DNA of 63,569 bases, the filler included, from Octopus bimaculoides (lineage: Eukaryota): assembly GCF_001194135.2 (NCBI RefSeq). It is 6 parts of 6 records of this genome, joined end to end, with 100 filler letters (N's around TTAATTAATTAA, not from the genome) between each part and the next. Parts side by side here need not be neighbours in the genome. Positions count along the whole stretch, not along the records: positions 13,309 to 42,753 come from NC_068984.1; 5 more parts are not named here. One strand, 5' to 3'. The notes under the pieces were generated by a model. That model was not told the DNA's origin, ran no database searches, and saw only the letters and a program-made list of their open reading frames with translations. This document shows positions 27,113 to 41,123 of the stretch, one piece after another (positions within the stretch are counted from its first letter, which is position 1; every line of letters begins with the position of its first letter). The translations under genes and the position numbers were made by a program.

Positions 27113-28194
27113 AAAAATTTATATCTGAAACGTTAGCGCCTTTGTTCGTCTATTAAAATGTACAACCGGTACTGTTTTTGATAAAGCATGCACTGTTGTG
27201 TTTTTATATTCATTGTAAATGCACACTATATATGTCTGCTCATGTGTATACGTGCATGCATACATACACACACACATACATACATACACACACACACGTA
27301 CAAACACACACACGCGCGCGCGCGCGCATATATATATATAGACATACATACATACATACATAGATGTGTGTATGTATGTGACCTCTATCAATTTTGCCTT
27401 TAGGTTTTTGTGCTTTTAATTCGTTGTTTACACTTTTACCGTTTTGAAAATCAGCACGGGTTTTCAAATAGGATTGACAAAGGAAGCTGAGTTTAACCCT
27501 GGGCGTTAAGTGCCGCTGATGAAAATTAAGGTGGTCTACACCAAAATTCGAAATCGCGATACGGCTATATACGCTAGGGACTTACCTCCCTTTGTCAGTC
27601 ATTAAGTATAATTCTTTAGTGTCTTTAGAATTAATTAAAAACTTATTTTAGCATAAGCAGTGCTGGTCAGCATCCTCCATCACTTTTGTGACCNNNNNNN
27701 NNNNNNNNNNNNNNNNNNNNNNNNNNNNNNNNNNNNNNNNNNNNNNNNNNNNNNNNNNNNNNNNNNNNNNNNNNNNNNNNNNNNNNNNNNNNNNNNNNNN
27801 NNNNNNNNNNNNNNNNNNNNNNNNNNNNNNNNNNNNNNNNNNNNNNNNNNNNNNNNNNNNNNNNNNNNNNNNNNNNNNNNNNNNNNNNNNNNNNNNNNNN
27901 NNNNNNNNNNNNNNNNNNNNNNNNNNNNNNNNNNNNNNNNNNNNNNNNNNNNNNNNNNNNNNNNNNNNNNNNNNNNNNNNNNNNNNNNNNNNNNNNNNNN
28001 NNNNNNNNNNNNNNNNNNNNNNNNNNNNNNNNNNNNNNNNNNNNNNNNNNNNNNNNNNNNNNNNNNNNNNNNNNNNNNNNNNNNNNNNNNNNNNNNNNNN
28101 NNNNNNNNNNNNNNNNNNNNNNNNNNNNNNNNNNNNNNNNNNNNNNNNNNNNNNNNNNNNNNNNNNNNNNNNCTCATTTATTATTTGTATTATA

Positions 28195-28460
28195 TATATA
28201 TATGTAGAAGAGGAACACACGAGTAGATATATATGGAAAAAAGACAAAGTAGAAAATGCTAAAATACTTTTATAAAGAACATTACAGAACCGGTTTCGAT
28301 CCTTGAGATCTTTTCAACAGTAAATATGAATAATAGATTTTTGAAAAATTATTGAAAAATTAAATTTTGGTAAATTTAAAAGAAAAGTCTTTTTAAAGAC
28401 ATATTTTTTAGTATTCAAATAACAGGGGCATTTTTCTTTTTTTCTGCTTGTCTCTGTTTC
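28195..28460 (-). mobile_element. Penelope-like terminal fragment (second type)
   Basis: Minus strand CTGTTGAAAAGATCTCAAGGATCGAAACCGGTTC has the same TGAAxA..CGAAAC architecture. Confidence 0.4.
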
Positions 28461-28519
28461 ACTTGTTAACTGTTGTGGGTTCGAAGAAGGACTGCTATTG
28501 TAATAGAACCCACAAGAGT

Positions 28520-28880
28520 TAACAAGTTTTAGTCATTGGACTGCAGCAATTACGGGGCTCCGCTTTGCTAGTTTTAGTCGTACAAATCACTCCCAGTACT
28601 TCCAGTACTCATTCATTCTTTTTCTAAAGTCTGGTACTTATCCTATCGATATTTCTGAATCGTTATGTTAGAAGGACACAAAGCAAACCAAAACCGGTTG
28701 ACAGGTGGTGTTAGATCAAAAGCTCACACACGATGAGCTTCCACACAATTTTCTTCTATTTAATCTCTCTACAAGCCATTGCTCAGTCCGGTGTTATAAT
28801 ATAAGACACTTCCCCAGATGCTGTGCAGTGGATGTGAGCTCGGAACTTCGTGGATGAGAAGTAAACTTAACCAAGCAGTC
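28520..28880 (-). mobile_element. SINE family B copy, diverged
   Basis: GTCATTGGACTGCAGC..GAAGACACTTCCCCAGATGCTGTGCAGTGG. Confidence 0.7.
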
Positions 28881-31126
28881 ATACCTAAAATCCAAATGAA
28901 GGGATTTGTTTCTTTGTTCAGAAACAAGCTCCCTCTTTATTGGAATAATTCAAAGTATTCGAAAGCAAGAGAACATGTATACATCCATACGCATACGCAT
29001 GTATATGGATGGATGGATGTGAGTTTATATATTTGAATATACGCTCTTAATGTCCGCATTCGTGTTATTTTGCAAATGAATAAAACCCGTTCCCTAACAA
29101 TGTCCTTTTGTTGAAGTTTAAAGAACGTCGAGTATTTATTTGTTTATGTGTACGAGTATAAGTGTATGTCTTATCAGTAAATTCAAACAGAATATTTTAA
29201 ACATCTGCAGATTTCGGTGATTCTACCGTTCTAATCTCTGCTAAGAATGCGATTCAATATGTTTTGTTCTTCTCTTTGAGAACACCACTCTTACATTTCG
29301 AGAACTTGTGAACATTTTCAAAGCATTTATGAAGTGACGACTATGAAAGAACATCATTATTTAGGTTGCGATGGATATATTTCACTACATAAATGTATGT
29401 GTATGTGTGTGTGTGTGTGCATGTGTGTTATTCCGGATCCAATTTACGCAGTTCAACGATTAGAGTAAACTGGACGCTGAGATTATAAAAAAAGGATATA
29501 TAAAATAAAAAAAAACTGTTCTCTACATTTTTCGTCAGTTTGCAGTATACAGAATTTTATACATTTCGATATGATAGACATGAGATATACAAATGATCCA
29601 ATTCCATTCTGACTTCGTGGAACTACACTTTTCGGGATTATAGCTAAGAAATGCCAACATATGTTCCAATAAACTCATTGAGTAGATACACATGTAAAGC
29701 TATCACTTGCGCAAATATTCCAAATAAACTTTCACTTGATTATATGTTTTAGATGCGATCGATATACTTTAGTTGGTAATAGAACTTACAACAGTAAAAG
29801 ATTGTACAGTATGAAACAATATTCTATTCAATATCGATTATTCTGATGCGAACCGAAATTGGGATATAGTTTTTCCCATGACGACAAAGATATTAAGTTT
29901 TGAAGATTATTGTTCCAATCTATAGTTGTTCTTCAGCAAGTGTCCCGAAACCTAACGTTTCTAAGAAATTGAATTTTTTGGACTCAAGTTTTAATAATTT
30001 TGTCACGTAAATCTCAGAAAATCTCTTTGCTTCGTAAATCTCTAGAAAACTTTGAAATTTATCTTCCTTTTAAAAATAAAAAGCTTTCGCTTGACATATA
30101 ACCTGTGAATGAAATTTATCAAATTTTATAGACGGAAACTGTTGGGAAGCTCATCGTTTCATATATATATATATATANNNNNNNNNNNNNNNNNNNNNNN
30201 NNNNNNNNNNNNNNNNNNNNNNNNNNNNNNNNNNNNNNNNNNNNNNNNNNNNNNNNNNNNNNNNNNNNNNNNNNNNNNNNNNNNNNNNNNNNNNNNNNNN
30301 NNNNNNNNTATATAGGGGGAATTCACAAAAAAATGTGTATGAGAGAGTATGTATGTGCGTGTATGTATCTGGTGATCTTGACGTGTGCATGTGTGTGTGT
30401 AGGTGTGAAAATGTGGGGATGGAAATTGGTCAGTACTGGTGTGTGCGTGGTGGTGTGTTGTGATGTGATGTGTTGTGTAGTATGGTGTAGTGTGGTGTGG
30501 TGTGATGGTGTTGGGAGGTGGGGTATGTGGGAGAGGGTTAAGGGNNNNNNNNNNNNNNNNNNNNNNNNNNNNNNNNNNNNNNNNNNNNNNNNNNNNNNNN
30601 NNNNNNNNNNNNNNNNNNNNNNNNNNNNNNNNNNNNNNNNNNNNNNNNNNNNNNNNNNNNNNNNNNNNNNNNNNNNNNNNNNNNNNNNNNNNNNNNNNNN
30701 NNNNNNNNNNNNNNNNNNNNNNNNNNNNNNNNNNNNNNNNNNNNNNNNNNNNNNNNNNNNNNNNNNNNNNNNNNNNNNNNNNNNNNNNNNNNNNNNNNNN
30801 NNNNNNNNNNNNNNNNNNNNNNNNNNNNNNNNNNNNNNNNNNNNNNNNNNNNNNNNNNNNNNNNNNNNNNNNNNNNNNNNNNNNNNNNNNNNNNNNNNNN
30901 NNNNNNNNNNNNNNNNNNNNNNNNNNNNNNNNNNNNNNNNNNNNNNNNNNNNNNNTATATTTCCTATGTGTTCGTTCTGTTGTGTGTAAACAAAGTCCGT
31001 TTTTTGTTTTTTATGTCCCCGTTCACTTTTCTGACGTCCTGTACTCGGATATGCATCTATATATACATGTAGATGTAGGTATGTACATATATGTATGTAT
31101 ACATGCATATGCTCATATATCATTTG

Positions 31127-31165
<39 letters not shown>

Positions 31166-31957
31166 AAAACGGTTAAGAATCCATACAAATCAAAGTTTAT
31201 AGGTAAAAAAGTAAACGTGTATATATGTATATATGCATATTTATGTACGCATGTTTATGCCGGTGTTAAGTGCTGTGCTTGCTTGCAATCCATTATGCGC
31301 TAAACATATCTATTCGATCAATGGAGGGCAATAACTACTGGTCAGCAATAGGTGCTGGGTTCAGTTTGATAAACTAAACACCATGATGGAGATAGCCCAT
31401 CATGGTCGCACACTGTTAACTGCAACCAGTAAAGTATCAAAAGTGCTATGCATCATCGATTGAAACGATACCAATGGAAGTCTGATGGACCATATTTCAT
31501 TGATTCACAAAGAGATTTAAAGCTGAGTTCATACCGACAGAGTTTAAATTCATGGTGTTGGGAGAGACCGGATATACTACAATAAAACATTCATTCCTGC
31601 ACCCATGCCGCTTCTGACACTTCATCTCCGTAAAGCAAATTGAAATAATAGTGAGATTGTTCGCGTTTCTGTGTTTGCAAGTAGAAACTGGTCTAGAAAG
31701 ATAAACATCGGGATAAGTGAGTGATATATTGTTTATCAGTATTACCTACATTTCTTACGGGCGTCTAGTCTCTGTAAGAATTATTGATATGATTCGACTT
31801 GTTCGCACATAGTAGCACGCGCATTTGAAAGAAATTTAAGGGGCAAATATGCATAATAAAATTTCAATAAAAAGGTAACTGTTAATAACTTTATGACTCA
31901 TCATATAGACCATCTCTCTGTCTTTCTCTCTGAGTCTCTCTCTGTCTCTCTCTCTCC

Positions 31958-31994
<37 letters not shown>

Positions 31995-32004
31995 NNNNNN
32001 NNNN

Positions 32005-32038
<34 letters not shown>

Positions 32039-33367
32039 ACACACACAAAACTATGATGAATCATGAAGTTATCCACTCATCAAATGACAGAAAATATCAA
32101 ACACCTCCCTTGGCATAGCGTCCAAAATATAGTAGTAATTACCAAAAGCGGGTCACTGACCCCCAACGAAGTTGTTGGGTATCAAATTTCTGTACTGGAT
32201 GTTATTACTATTCAACCATGGTAAGAGAGAACAATAGCTTAAGGTTAAAGATATATATACACTGCAACTCCTCGCGTAACAGAAGGGTTGCACTTCCGTA
32301 AGTATTGTCGTAACGTGGTATTCTGTAGCGCAGGAACTCCTTCGGTTATAATCAATAGTTCATTATGCGTTAAAGTAGCCATTTTTTTAAAGACTCAATA
32401 AATATGAAGAGATTTGAATAAAAGTATATTAGGGAATAAATATAATAATTTCGTTGCCTTTTGAATAATCATTGTGTTTATCGCAAAATACATTTGTCTG
32501 GTCATTGATACAGATACTGGAGTACAATTTCATAGGAAATATTAGATCAGATCTACGAAAAAGCAACCTAAATATGGTAAGCTGAGATGCAGTTGGAGGA
32601 ATTGAGCTAGTTTTGACTTAATTCTTACGTATTGCTCCAATCGTAGGACATTCCATGTTTTAATGCTTTTGCAATATGACTTTTTCCTTCGTCAAACTTA
32701 TTTAAAATATCGTTTAACTTCCAATGTAATTTCTTTACAAATTCCTTTTGTAGTATTGCTTTCACTTCCACTTGATGGCCTCTTTACAGTCATCTTGAAT
32801 AATGTTAATGTACTACAGCGTACTATTATATACGTTTATAGAAGTTAAAACCAAGAAAGCAAAGATGGACAAGATCCACCCAGTAATGGCGATGGACTAG
32901 GAATATTATATATAATACAACGTTATCTAATATATGCTTCCTATTTGTAAGCTAACAGAGAGTGATTTAAGGCAGATATAGTTGTTATTACCAGCAGATT
33001 CTTATTTTATCTAAGAAACCTGTTCTTTTTTCCTTTCATTATTCTTTTTTCTCAGTGTTGTCATTATAAAAGTGAATAAGTATAGTTGAGTGAATCAGTA
33101 TCATTATATGACATATTCTATGAAATTTTTAAAATCAGAATTGTTAGATAACAGACGAAACAGTTTAAAATACCGAGTTATCTCTTTACCTACTGTACCA
33201 CCTCCAACGGTGTGTAATGCATATCAAGTTATTAACACTCAGTATTTATCTTTTAACGAATTGCCCTCTTCCTAGAAAAGAGTCAGAAGAAAAACGTACT
33301 AGATTTAACACAACTATGTAATGAACTCAGTATTATTTTCATCAAGCACACAGGCTAACCACAACCC

Positions 33368-33560
33368 ACACATACATACATACATACATACATACATACA
33401 TACATACATACACACACACACATACATACATACATACATACACACACATACGTACATACATACATACATACATACATACACACACACATACATACATACA
33501 TACATACATACATACATACATACATACATACATACATACATACAGACATGCATACATACA
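33368..33560. repeat. (TACA)n microsatellite
   Basis: Direct reading. Confidence 0.98.
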
Positions 33561-36253
33561 TACATACATAGACGCATATATACATACACATACATATATA
33601 TATAATGCACAAACATATGTATATAGGCATATATGTATTTATGTAAGTATCTATGAATGTATGCATGTATATATGCGTACATTACGTACGTAATGTACGT
33701 AAAGTACACGTTTAGAAATTACATCTATTTTCTCATTTGTAAGCCAAAAATCTAATATCAAAGTTTAGAAATATCCTCCTTGTTGGTATTGAGTTATATA
33801 CTTTTTTCCCAAATGCTTTTCCCGTTAATTGCAATTAAGATGAATTCACTGTATGGTTGCATAATTTACCTTTAAGGAATATATTTATGGAAGTCAATTA
33901 TATCTCGCAGTATACATTAATCTGATAAATAATTATTAAACGATAAAAATTCAAATAGGCACATATACTTCAGGTATTTATTTTCTTTTTATCTCTTAGG
34001 GATAGTAGGGCAGTGTACGTGACTTTTCAATGGGCCTTCGTCACTGGTAGTAGGAGGAATGGAAAAAGTTGCCCTCAAACCGGAGACCTGACGTGTACAA
34101 GTTGCGTTCAAATAGCATACGGCCTTATTTTCTCCGCCAAGAACTAAAGCCGTGCGGGCAAAATCCTTTGGGTGAGAGGTGGTGCAAGCGTTAAGATGTT
34201 CGCGGTGATAGGCCGCTGCATGCGTAGGGAGGGTGGCGTAAGCTCCCACCCAAAAGATTTTGCCCGCGGATTTAGGTTTCACAGGTAAAAATGAAGTCGG
34301 ATACTCCCTGAATGCACCTTGTATACTGAGAAGAGAGTGAACGCTACTAAAAATACTCAAAGACCAGGTTATGGTGCTAAATCGGATGATAGATTAAGCC
34401 TATTATTAAAGACCCCTTATTTTATTGGCCTCTTCAGAGGGATTTGAACTCAGAATGCAAAGATTTGCAAAAAATACAGTAAAGCATTTTGACCTAGGCT
34501 ATAACGATTTTTTCGATTAGGTTAGTCAAACCTTGACCAAACAAGCCTGTGGTCAAAAATATTCTAATCGTGGCCATCATTTTTTAGAGGTATCTAGAAC
34601 AACAGTCTTTAATATGCCTTCTCCTTTTTTATGGGGTTGGTAGTGATTTGAAGGTGATTTGGCTGCTATTCCTGACAGGTCTAACGATTATGAGCGGCTC
34701 ACTCCCTTGAAAATATTAAAATCTTCGTGATTATATATGCATGTACTGGTGCATACATATATATATGTAAACGTGCACAAGTTTATATCTATAGCTTCAT
34801 TCTTAGTACTTCTCTGTAGCTGCACATGTTGCACTCTGCCATGGTACAAGATTCTGGCTTCATTCTAATTAACCTAGTGCGCCTTATTATTTCATTTGTT
34901 GATTGAGAATCAAACTTCAGAAGCGTGGCAACACAGTAAATGTCGAAATGAAAGAATTCTAAAGATCCAAAAATATATTTTGTAAGTGCAAGAGAAAATT
35001 GAGTAAAAATCTGAAATTAAAATAGCATCTAACGAACCTGAACTGAAATAACTGTTATTTATAATGGAGGGATGCACTATTTAAGACATAACCATCAATG
35101 CTAAAGTAATGTGATTGTAATGGATATGGTATCATATTTATGTCATGCGTTGTAAACTCGAAACCCGCTGTGAAAGCAGTGTTGTGTTGCTGAGTCAAAC
35201 CCAGTTGTTTTCTAAACGGCTTCATGCCAAATTTAGCAGAATTGACATTTATAGATTTACATATTACATTGTTTTGAGAAAGACTAAAGGTATTATTGTA
35301 TTAATTAGTTAATTAATTAATTAATTAATTATCTTGAAATGCAAACTGCGTCAGAAAACGATAACTTTTCAAGATGTTTCTATATTGCTTTAATATCTTT
35401 ACATTTCTCTGAAGAAAATCCGTACAATATGAGATAAGTTAATGACTGATTCACACATGTAATTCACATAAAAGTTGCATATTCTGAATATAAGTTTGCT
35501 TATTAAGATGTGTGATACAACCTCATCTTATAACACAACCACTTGTATTTAGATAGGATCTTACTAAAAATGAATTAACAGGTAAAACAAAAATTAATAC
35601 AAAACGTTAAATACTCACACACACACACACACGGAACACACACACACACACACACATACACGATGAAATAGAAAATGGTGATGAATTTCATTTGCTTGAA
35701 TGCTTGATAGTCTTCATTACTCTTAATTACCACATCCAAATCAAGGGCATATTTTATTGCTATTGTGAAAGTTAATTAGTCATACTTTTATTAATCGCAT
35801 AAAACAAACATGGAGCGCAAAAAATCTGCGTTCGCTGTTGGCTTCGGTTTTATGCATATTAGTTTCTTTTTCTTTTTTTTTTTCTTTCTGGCTCTAAAGG
35901 TCCTATATTCTAAGAAAAGATGATATAAGAAACCTTGGCGATTAAATAATTACTCTATGGTATTGACAGCATAACTGAAATCAAAATGTGTTTGCACGAC
36001 TTCAATTCTGCCGAATTTATTATATTTTCATCCATAAAACACTTAGGAATTGAATTTGTCTCATGATAATATCATATATTCAAAGTTACGGTACAGCAGA
36101 ACTTTTTGCTCATACATAATAAACCTGTTTAATTAGACAAAACTTCTGAATTAAGCTTTCAAATGTTTAAGAAACAGAAATTACTACTATTGAATTTTCA
36201 TTTGCCGACAGTAAAATATCTGCTCAAGGGAATTTTTAAAAATTTATGATTAT

Positions 36254-36421
36254 TACTGCATTAATTCGTGTATAAGTCGCATCCCTAATTTAGTTTTAAA
36301 TTTTGGTACAAAAATGTTCACTTCATAGTTTTAGCGTTGCATCGTATATAAGTCGCACCCTAATTTTTCCAGCTAAAATCCAGAATAAAATAGTGTGGCT
36401 TATGTGTGAATAAATACGGTA
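36254..36421. mobile_element. Tigger/pogo-like MITE
   Basis: Termini TACTGCATTAATTCGTGTATAAGTCGCA and GTGGCTTATGTGTGAATAAATACGGTA, with an internal repeat of GTATAAGTCGCA(T/C)CCTAATTT. Confidence 0.65.
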
Positions 36422-37576
36422 GTTCTTGGGTAGTTTTCACTTTCACTGAAACAAGGTAGATAAAGCAGTACCCTAACCATATATAATTGTTTTATAAATC
36501 TTCATAAAATGCTGAGATGGATTCCAACTTGATATATTTCTTATTCTGAGTGATAGTACATGATACCACAAATAACTATAACTTAGGTTTATTTTCTTGC
36601 TAAAATTTAGTTTGATGAATGACAGCTTGTTTATACTTTCTCAACATTACCAAAGAAAAGGAACTGAAAACAGCTATTACCAAAAACTGAGTGTAGAGGA
36701 CTGAGTTAGTTAGGCACATTAGGCTTCTATTGTCTTTTTAAACGCAAGATCACGAATCGTTAGATTTCCTAGTCAGTATGTCAATTCAAGATATTCAACA
36801 CTCCACGAGGTGTTCTTTTGTTTAAGTATTATCAATCCTTTAATTTGAACTTATATGAGTGATGGCATGTATACGTTAAGGAAATTAGTTCTGAGTTATA
36901 TAGTTTTTAGTCTGAAATTAAACCGCCAAATTAACATTTTACGTTTAGTGTCTGATGGAGTCATTGCTTGCAATATATTAGGATGAATCTTAAATTTTAC
37001 CTGTAACATAGCTCGTTCAAGAAGAATTAAACTGTATGTCCCCAAGATATTAATTATGAGAAATTCCATTGCTAATTTCATGTAATTATAAATAGATAGA
37101 TTCTCCCAGGAAAATACACACTGAATAACAATTTGTTATGTGCGACAGAAGCAGTATTAGTTCAAAGTTGCAACCTGTGTATCATACTTAAAATATAGAC
37201 ACATTGTTGAAAGCCTAATTAACTGTGGTATTCGTTTTGATGTAGTACATTTTCTTTTTATAATGTAATCTGAAGCGAAAGGTGATTTTATAGTCGAATA
37301 GTTTTAATGTGGTTAATGTCCTGTTTGCAACTGAATGTCAGAAGTTAAAAGCAAAAAGCACGGGTATATATAACTCCAGAAGGAAGTATTCCTAGAAGTA
37401 CTGTCAAGTCTAATTAGTTGAGAGACAGTAGAGGCTTATGGAAAGAGGAANNNNNNNNNNNNNNNNNNNNNNNNNNNNNNNNNNNNNNNNNNNNNNNNNN
37501 NNNNNNNNNNNNNNNNNNNNNNNNNNNNNNNNNNNNNNNNNNCAGCAGGTTCAAAGGTAGAGAAGAAAACGATACG

Positions 37577-37790
37577 AAGGCGGTGAGCTGGTAGAATCGT
37601 AAAATGTTGGACAAAATCATTAATGGAACTTTTATGGTTCTTTACGTTCTGAGTTCAAATCAGACCGAAGTTAATTTGCCTTTTATCTCTCATGAGTCGA
37701 TAGGATAAAGTACTGGGTCGATGGTATCAATATCGACTAACCCCAACCCATGAAAACTATTGGCACTTGCTGGTCTGGTGCCAAAATTTT
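37577..37790 (+). mobile_element. SINE family A copy
   Basis: AAGGCGGTGAGCTGGTAGAATCG head and a degenerate core. Confidence 0.75.
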
Positions 37791-37899
37791 AAATCACCTC
37801 TACTACTACTACCCCCACCGCCACTACTACTACTACTACTACTACTACTATAATGTTATTGCATGCTTTTTTTAGTTTGCAGAGATGTTATTTTGAGGT

Positions 37900-38558
37900 T
37901 TGGTGACAACAGGTCTCAAATCTCAAGAATCTTTCGATTTTTGCAGAATGCAATATGACACTTTTCTGCGGTTCAAGAACGCTTGTCTCAGTTCCATTAT
38001 TCTTCAGTTTCTTAAATAATAGTTTGTGCAAAATGTACCATCTACAATTGTCAGATTTGTCTTCCACCACAATTTTTTCATCTCTCGTGTCTAGATCCCG
38101 GAAGGATCTACTCTAGTATCCTTTGGTCTCACACGTTTTTTTTTTTATTTGTCCTCTACAATCGTATCTGGTCTCCTTACTATCTGCCAAGTTTGTGCCA
38201 AAACTGCTTTCAGCTGACCAAAAAGACACTCTATTCCACAAGATCTCCTTGATTGTGTAGAGAACGATTAAAGCATTTTGAAAACTTTGCGTAGGCCGCT
38301 GAGCAGGTATCGCCAAGCTTTTGGCAAAATTTGATGCAGATTCTCTGCTCAACTTTCTCTACATGGTCAATGCAACCATCATACGCTACACACCTTCCTT
38401 CTAAGCACTGCTGTAAACAGCAGAAATGAGCAAGAACGTTAAAACTTAGTACGCATGCAGAGCAGAGTTCAAGGTTAATCTGTACCAAGCGGCTTCACTT
38501 TGCGTGCTTTAGCTTCGTTACTATGGTAAGAGTCTGGATACTTATTGATCAGACTACA
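37900..38558 (-). mobile_element. Mariner 5' half remnant
   Basis: VEKVEQRICIKFCQKLGDTCSAAY resembles the mariner N-terminal HTH (EQRxCIKFCxKLG). Terminus TA-TGTAGTCTGATCAATAAGTATCCAGAC. Confidence 0.75.
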
Positions 38559-38559
38559 T

Positions 38560-38644
38560 ATCGTCTACAATAGCCCCAAACCGACCAATGCTTTATGAGT
38601 GAATTAGGAGACGGCAACTGTGTAGAAGCTCGTCGTATATTTGA

Positions 38645-38678
<34 letters not shown>

Positions 38679-39095
38679 TTATCTTTGCGTTTGTCCTCCA
38701 TCCCACTGCTCGACAGCCGGTGCTGGTTTGTTTGTATCCCCATAACTAAGCAGTTCAATATAAAACAAGCCGATATGATAAAAATAAAAATTAAAAATAT
38801 GTACTATAGGTCAATTTGTTTGAGCCAACCCTTCAACTTCGTGCCCCGGCATGGCCGCAACACAATGATTTAAACAAATGGAAGATAAAAGATAAAGATG
38901 AAATTAAGCAGGTTAATCGGTGCTGGTTTTTTTACATCCCTGTAATTTAGAGTTCGGTTAAAAAGAGAAGTCGATAGAAAAAAAATACCAGAATTCAAAA
39001 TAAGCACTTAGATCAATATGTTTGAGTCAATCCATCAACGTAGCACCCTAGCATGGCCGCAGCCCAATGATTGAAACAAGTGGAAGAAAACAAAT
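38560..39095 (+). mobile_element. SINE family B copy plus a duplicated 3' half
   Basis: 3' module CGGTGCTGGTTT..GCATGGCCGCA..GATT(T/G)AAACAA occurs twice (about 38715-38895 and 38915-39095). Confidence 0.7.
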
Positions 39096-39589
39096 AAAAA
39101 TTAAATAAGCAGGTATTCAGTGAAATTAAACAACCACTGGTACGCATGTAGTGACTATTCATTTTTATACATCTTTGACATTAATCAGAAAAGACAAGGT
39201 TGCTTAGTGCAAAAATGGGTTCATTGAAACAAGCTGTCTGCCACCAAGAATATAAACCTGACATTAGGATTAATATACTTGGAGAAGTAAAAGCTCTGGT
39301 GTCAAGTTTCAGAGAGGTTACTGTCTGGCCACGCTTACTGCATCCATAGATTAGCCTTCCGCCTGTCGTTTGGCTTCTCATATACTGGCATACAAATGCA
39401 TAATACATACATACATACGTACATACATACATACATACATACATACATACATACATACATGCATGCATATAATCACATCCATCCAACCACACATATATAG
39501 CGTCGTATAGTGTCTGCTATTTCCAGTAAATACTGGTGCGTTGTTGTACCACTATCCTATATTTATACATACATACATACATACATGCA

Positions 39590-39620
<31 letters not shown>

Positions 39621-39631
39621 GTATATGTATG

Positions 39632-39662
<31 letters not shown>

Positions 39663-39915
39663 TCACATGACAAAAACACGCACACGTGCGCACATAAACA
39701 GACGCACGAACACACACACACATACACACACATTCTCTCTTTCCCTCTCCCTTTTTCTCATGTATATTACATTCACATATATGTAGATGTACGCAGACAT
39801 GCATGTATACGTGCACAATCACGCGTACAGATACGCGTATACATTAATCAACATTCGTGCAGACATGCATGCACATATGTGATTGCAAATAAATGTATAT
39901 ACCTGCGTATTTAGC

Positions 39916-39954
<39 letters not shown>

Positions 39955-40328
39955 TGTGTGCGTGTCTGCGCTCCGTGCGTGTGTGCATTTCTAGGGACAT
40001 GTGTGCGGAATAGTAGTGGTACCTATATTGGTATATCTCTAACTATATTACTTTTATCTTCTACTTGCTTCAATCATTAGACTGCAGCCATTTCAGCGCA
40101 TCGCTCTTGCAGTGTTTTAGTCCAACGAATCAGCTCCAGTACTTACTACTTAAAGCCTGGTACTTATTCGATCGGAATCTTTTGCCGAACCGCAGCTTAC
40201 GGGGACGTAAACAAAGTAAAACCGGTTGTCAATCGATGATGGAAGACAAACTCAAGCACACACACACACACACACACGCACACACACACATACGAATGGC
40301 TTTTTTTAGTCTCCAGCTTTGTTCTGCC

Positions 40329-40908
40329 AGCGAAATTTTTTTCCCACGAGAGTTCCGGACCCCAGTTATGAACTCATTTGCGTACAGCCAATCAGAGTTC
40401 AATTATCAAACTAATTTATGAGCGCATAACAAGTGATGGGCGATAAGATAAGGTCACTTGGGTAAGGAATGACCATGCTTCTCTTCTCTTTTAAGAATGC
40501 TTGTTGTTTTTGTTCTTGTTTCAACTGTGGCTGCCTCTGCGTAATTATTTGTGTTGTTGTTTACTTTGTAAAACAATAAGGGGAGAGGGTTGATAGAACA
40601 TCAGCCGCTACCCACATTTTCCCCATCCACATCTTTACCATATGGGGCCCTATCAAAATCCGATAATAGGTATAAATGCAAATCTATCTAATTACTTGTC
40701 TCCTTCTAAAATCAGGTATAACTGGCGATCGGTCGACTTACAACACCGTTCTTCGTCTTGAGTGTGTTTCAGCAAGAAATTGTTTGTTTTTTTTTAAAGA
40801 CACATTCACGAATGTTATGACAACAAGGTCAAGGTGAACTCTGATTGGCTGTATGTAAATGAATTTATTACTGGGGTCCGGAACTCTTATGGGTAAAAAA
40901 AATTTCGA
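40329..40908. mobile_element. MITE with about 70-bp TIRs inserted into a SINE
   Basis: Arms about 40331-40401 and 40835-40907 (CGAAATTTTTTT..GAGTTCCGGACCCCAGT..CAGCCAATCAGAGTTCA). Flanks GTTCTGCC / GGTCCGCC look like a diverged 8-bp target duplication, and the host SINE resumes on both sides. Confidence 0.8.
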
Positions 40909-41058
40909 GGTCCGCCTGGGACTGTAGTAGAAGACACTTTCCTAAGGTGCCACACTATGGCACAGAAACCAAAACCATGACCACACAGTCACACTAGCGC
41001 CTATATACTGCATATGTTTCTCTCTATATATCTGTATATATGTCTGTATATATTTATG

Positions 41059-41059
<1 letters not shown>

Positions 41060-41121
<62 letters not shown>
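41060..41121. repeat. (TATC)n microsatellite
   Basis: Direct reading. Confidence 0.98.

Positions 41122-41123
<2 letters not shown>

Noticed and set aside
29700-29900. Fragments recalling sushi or Ig motifs (RYTCKA, CDRYTLVGNR, ANRNWD)
   Set aside because: They fall in different frames with intervening stops and are too short to distinguish from chance.
32062-32219. ATG-initiated 53-codon frame ending at a GTAAGA donor, phase-compatible with the acceptor at about 33998
   Set aside because: The joined peptide is not recognisable, and one-in-three phase compatibility is weak evidence.
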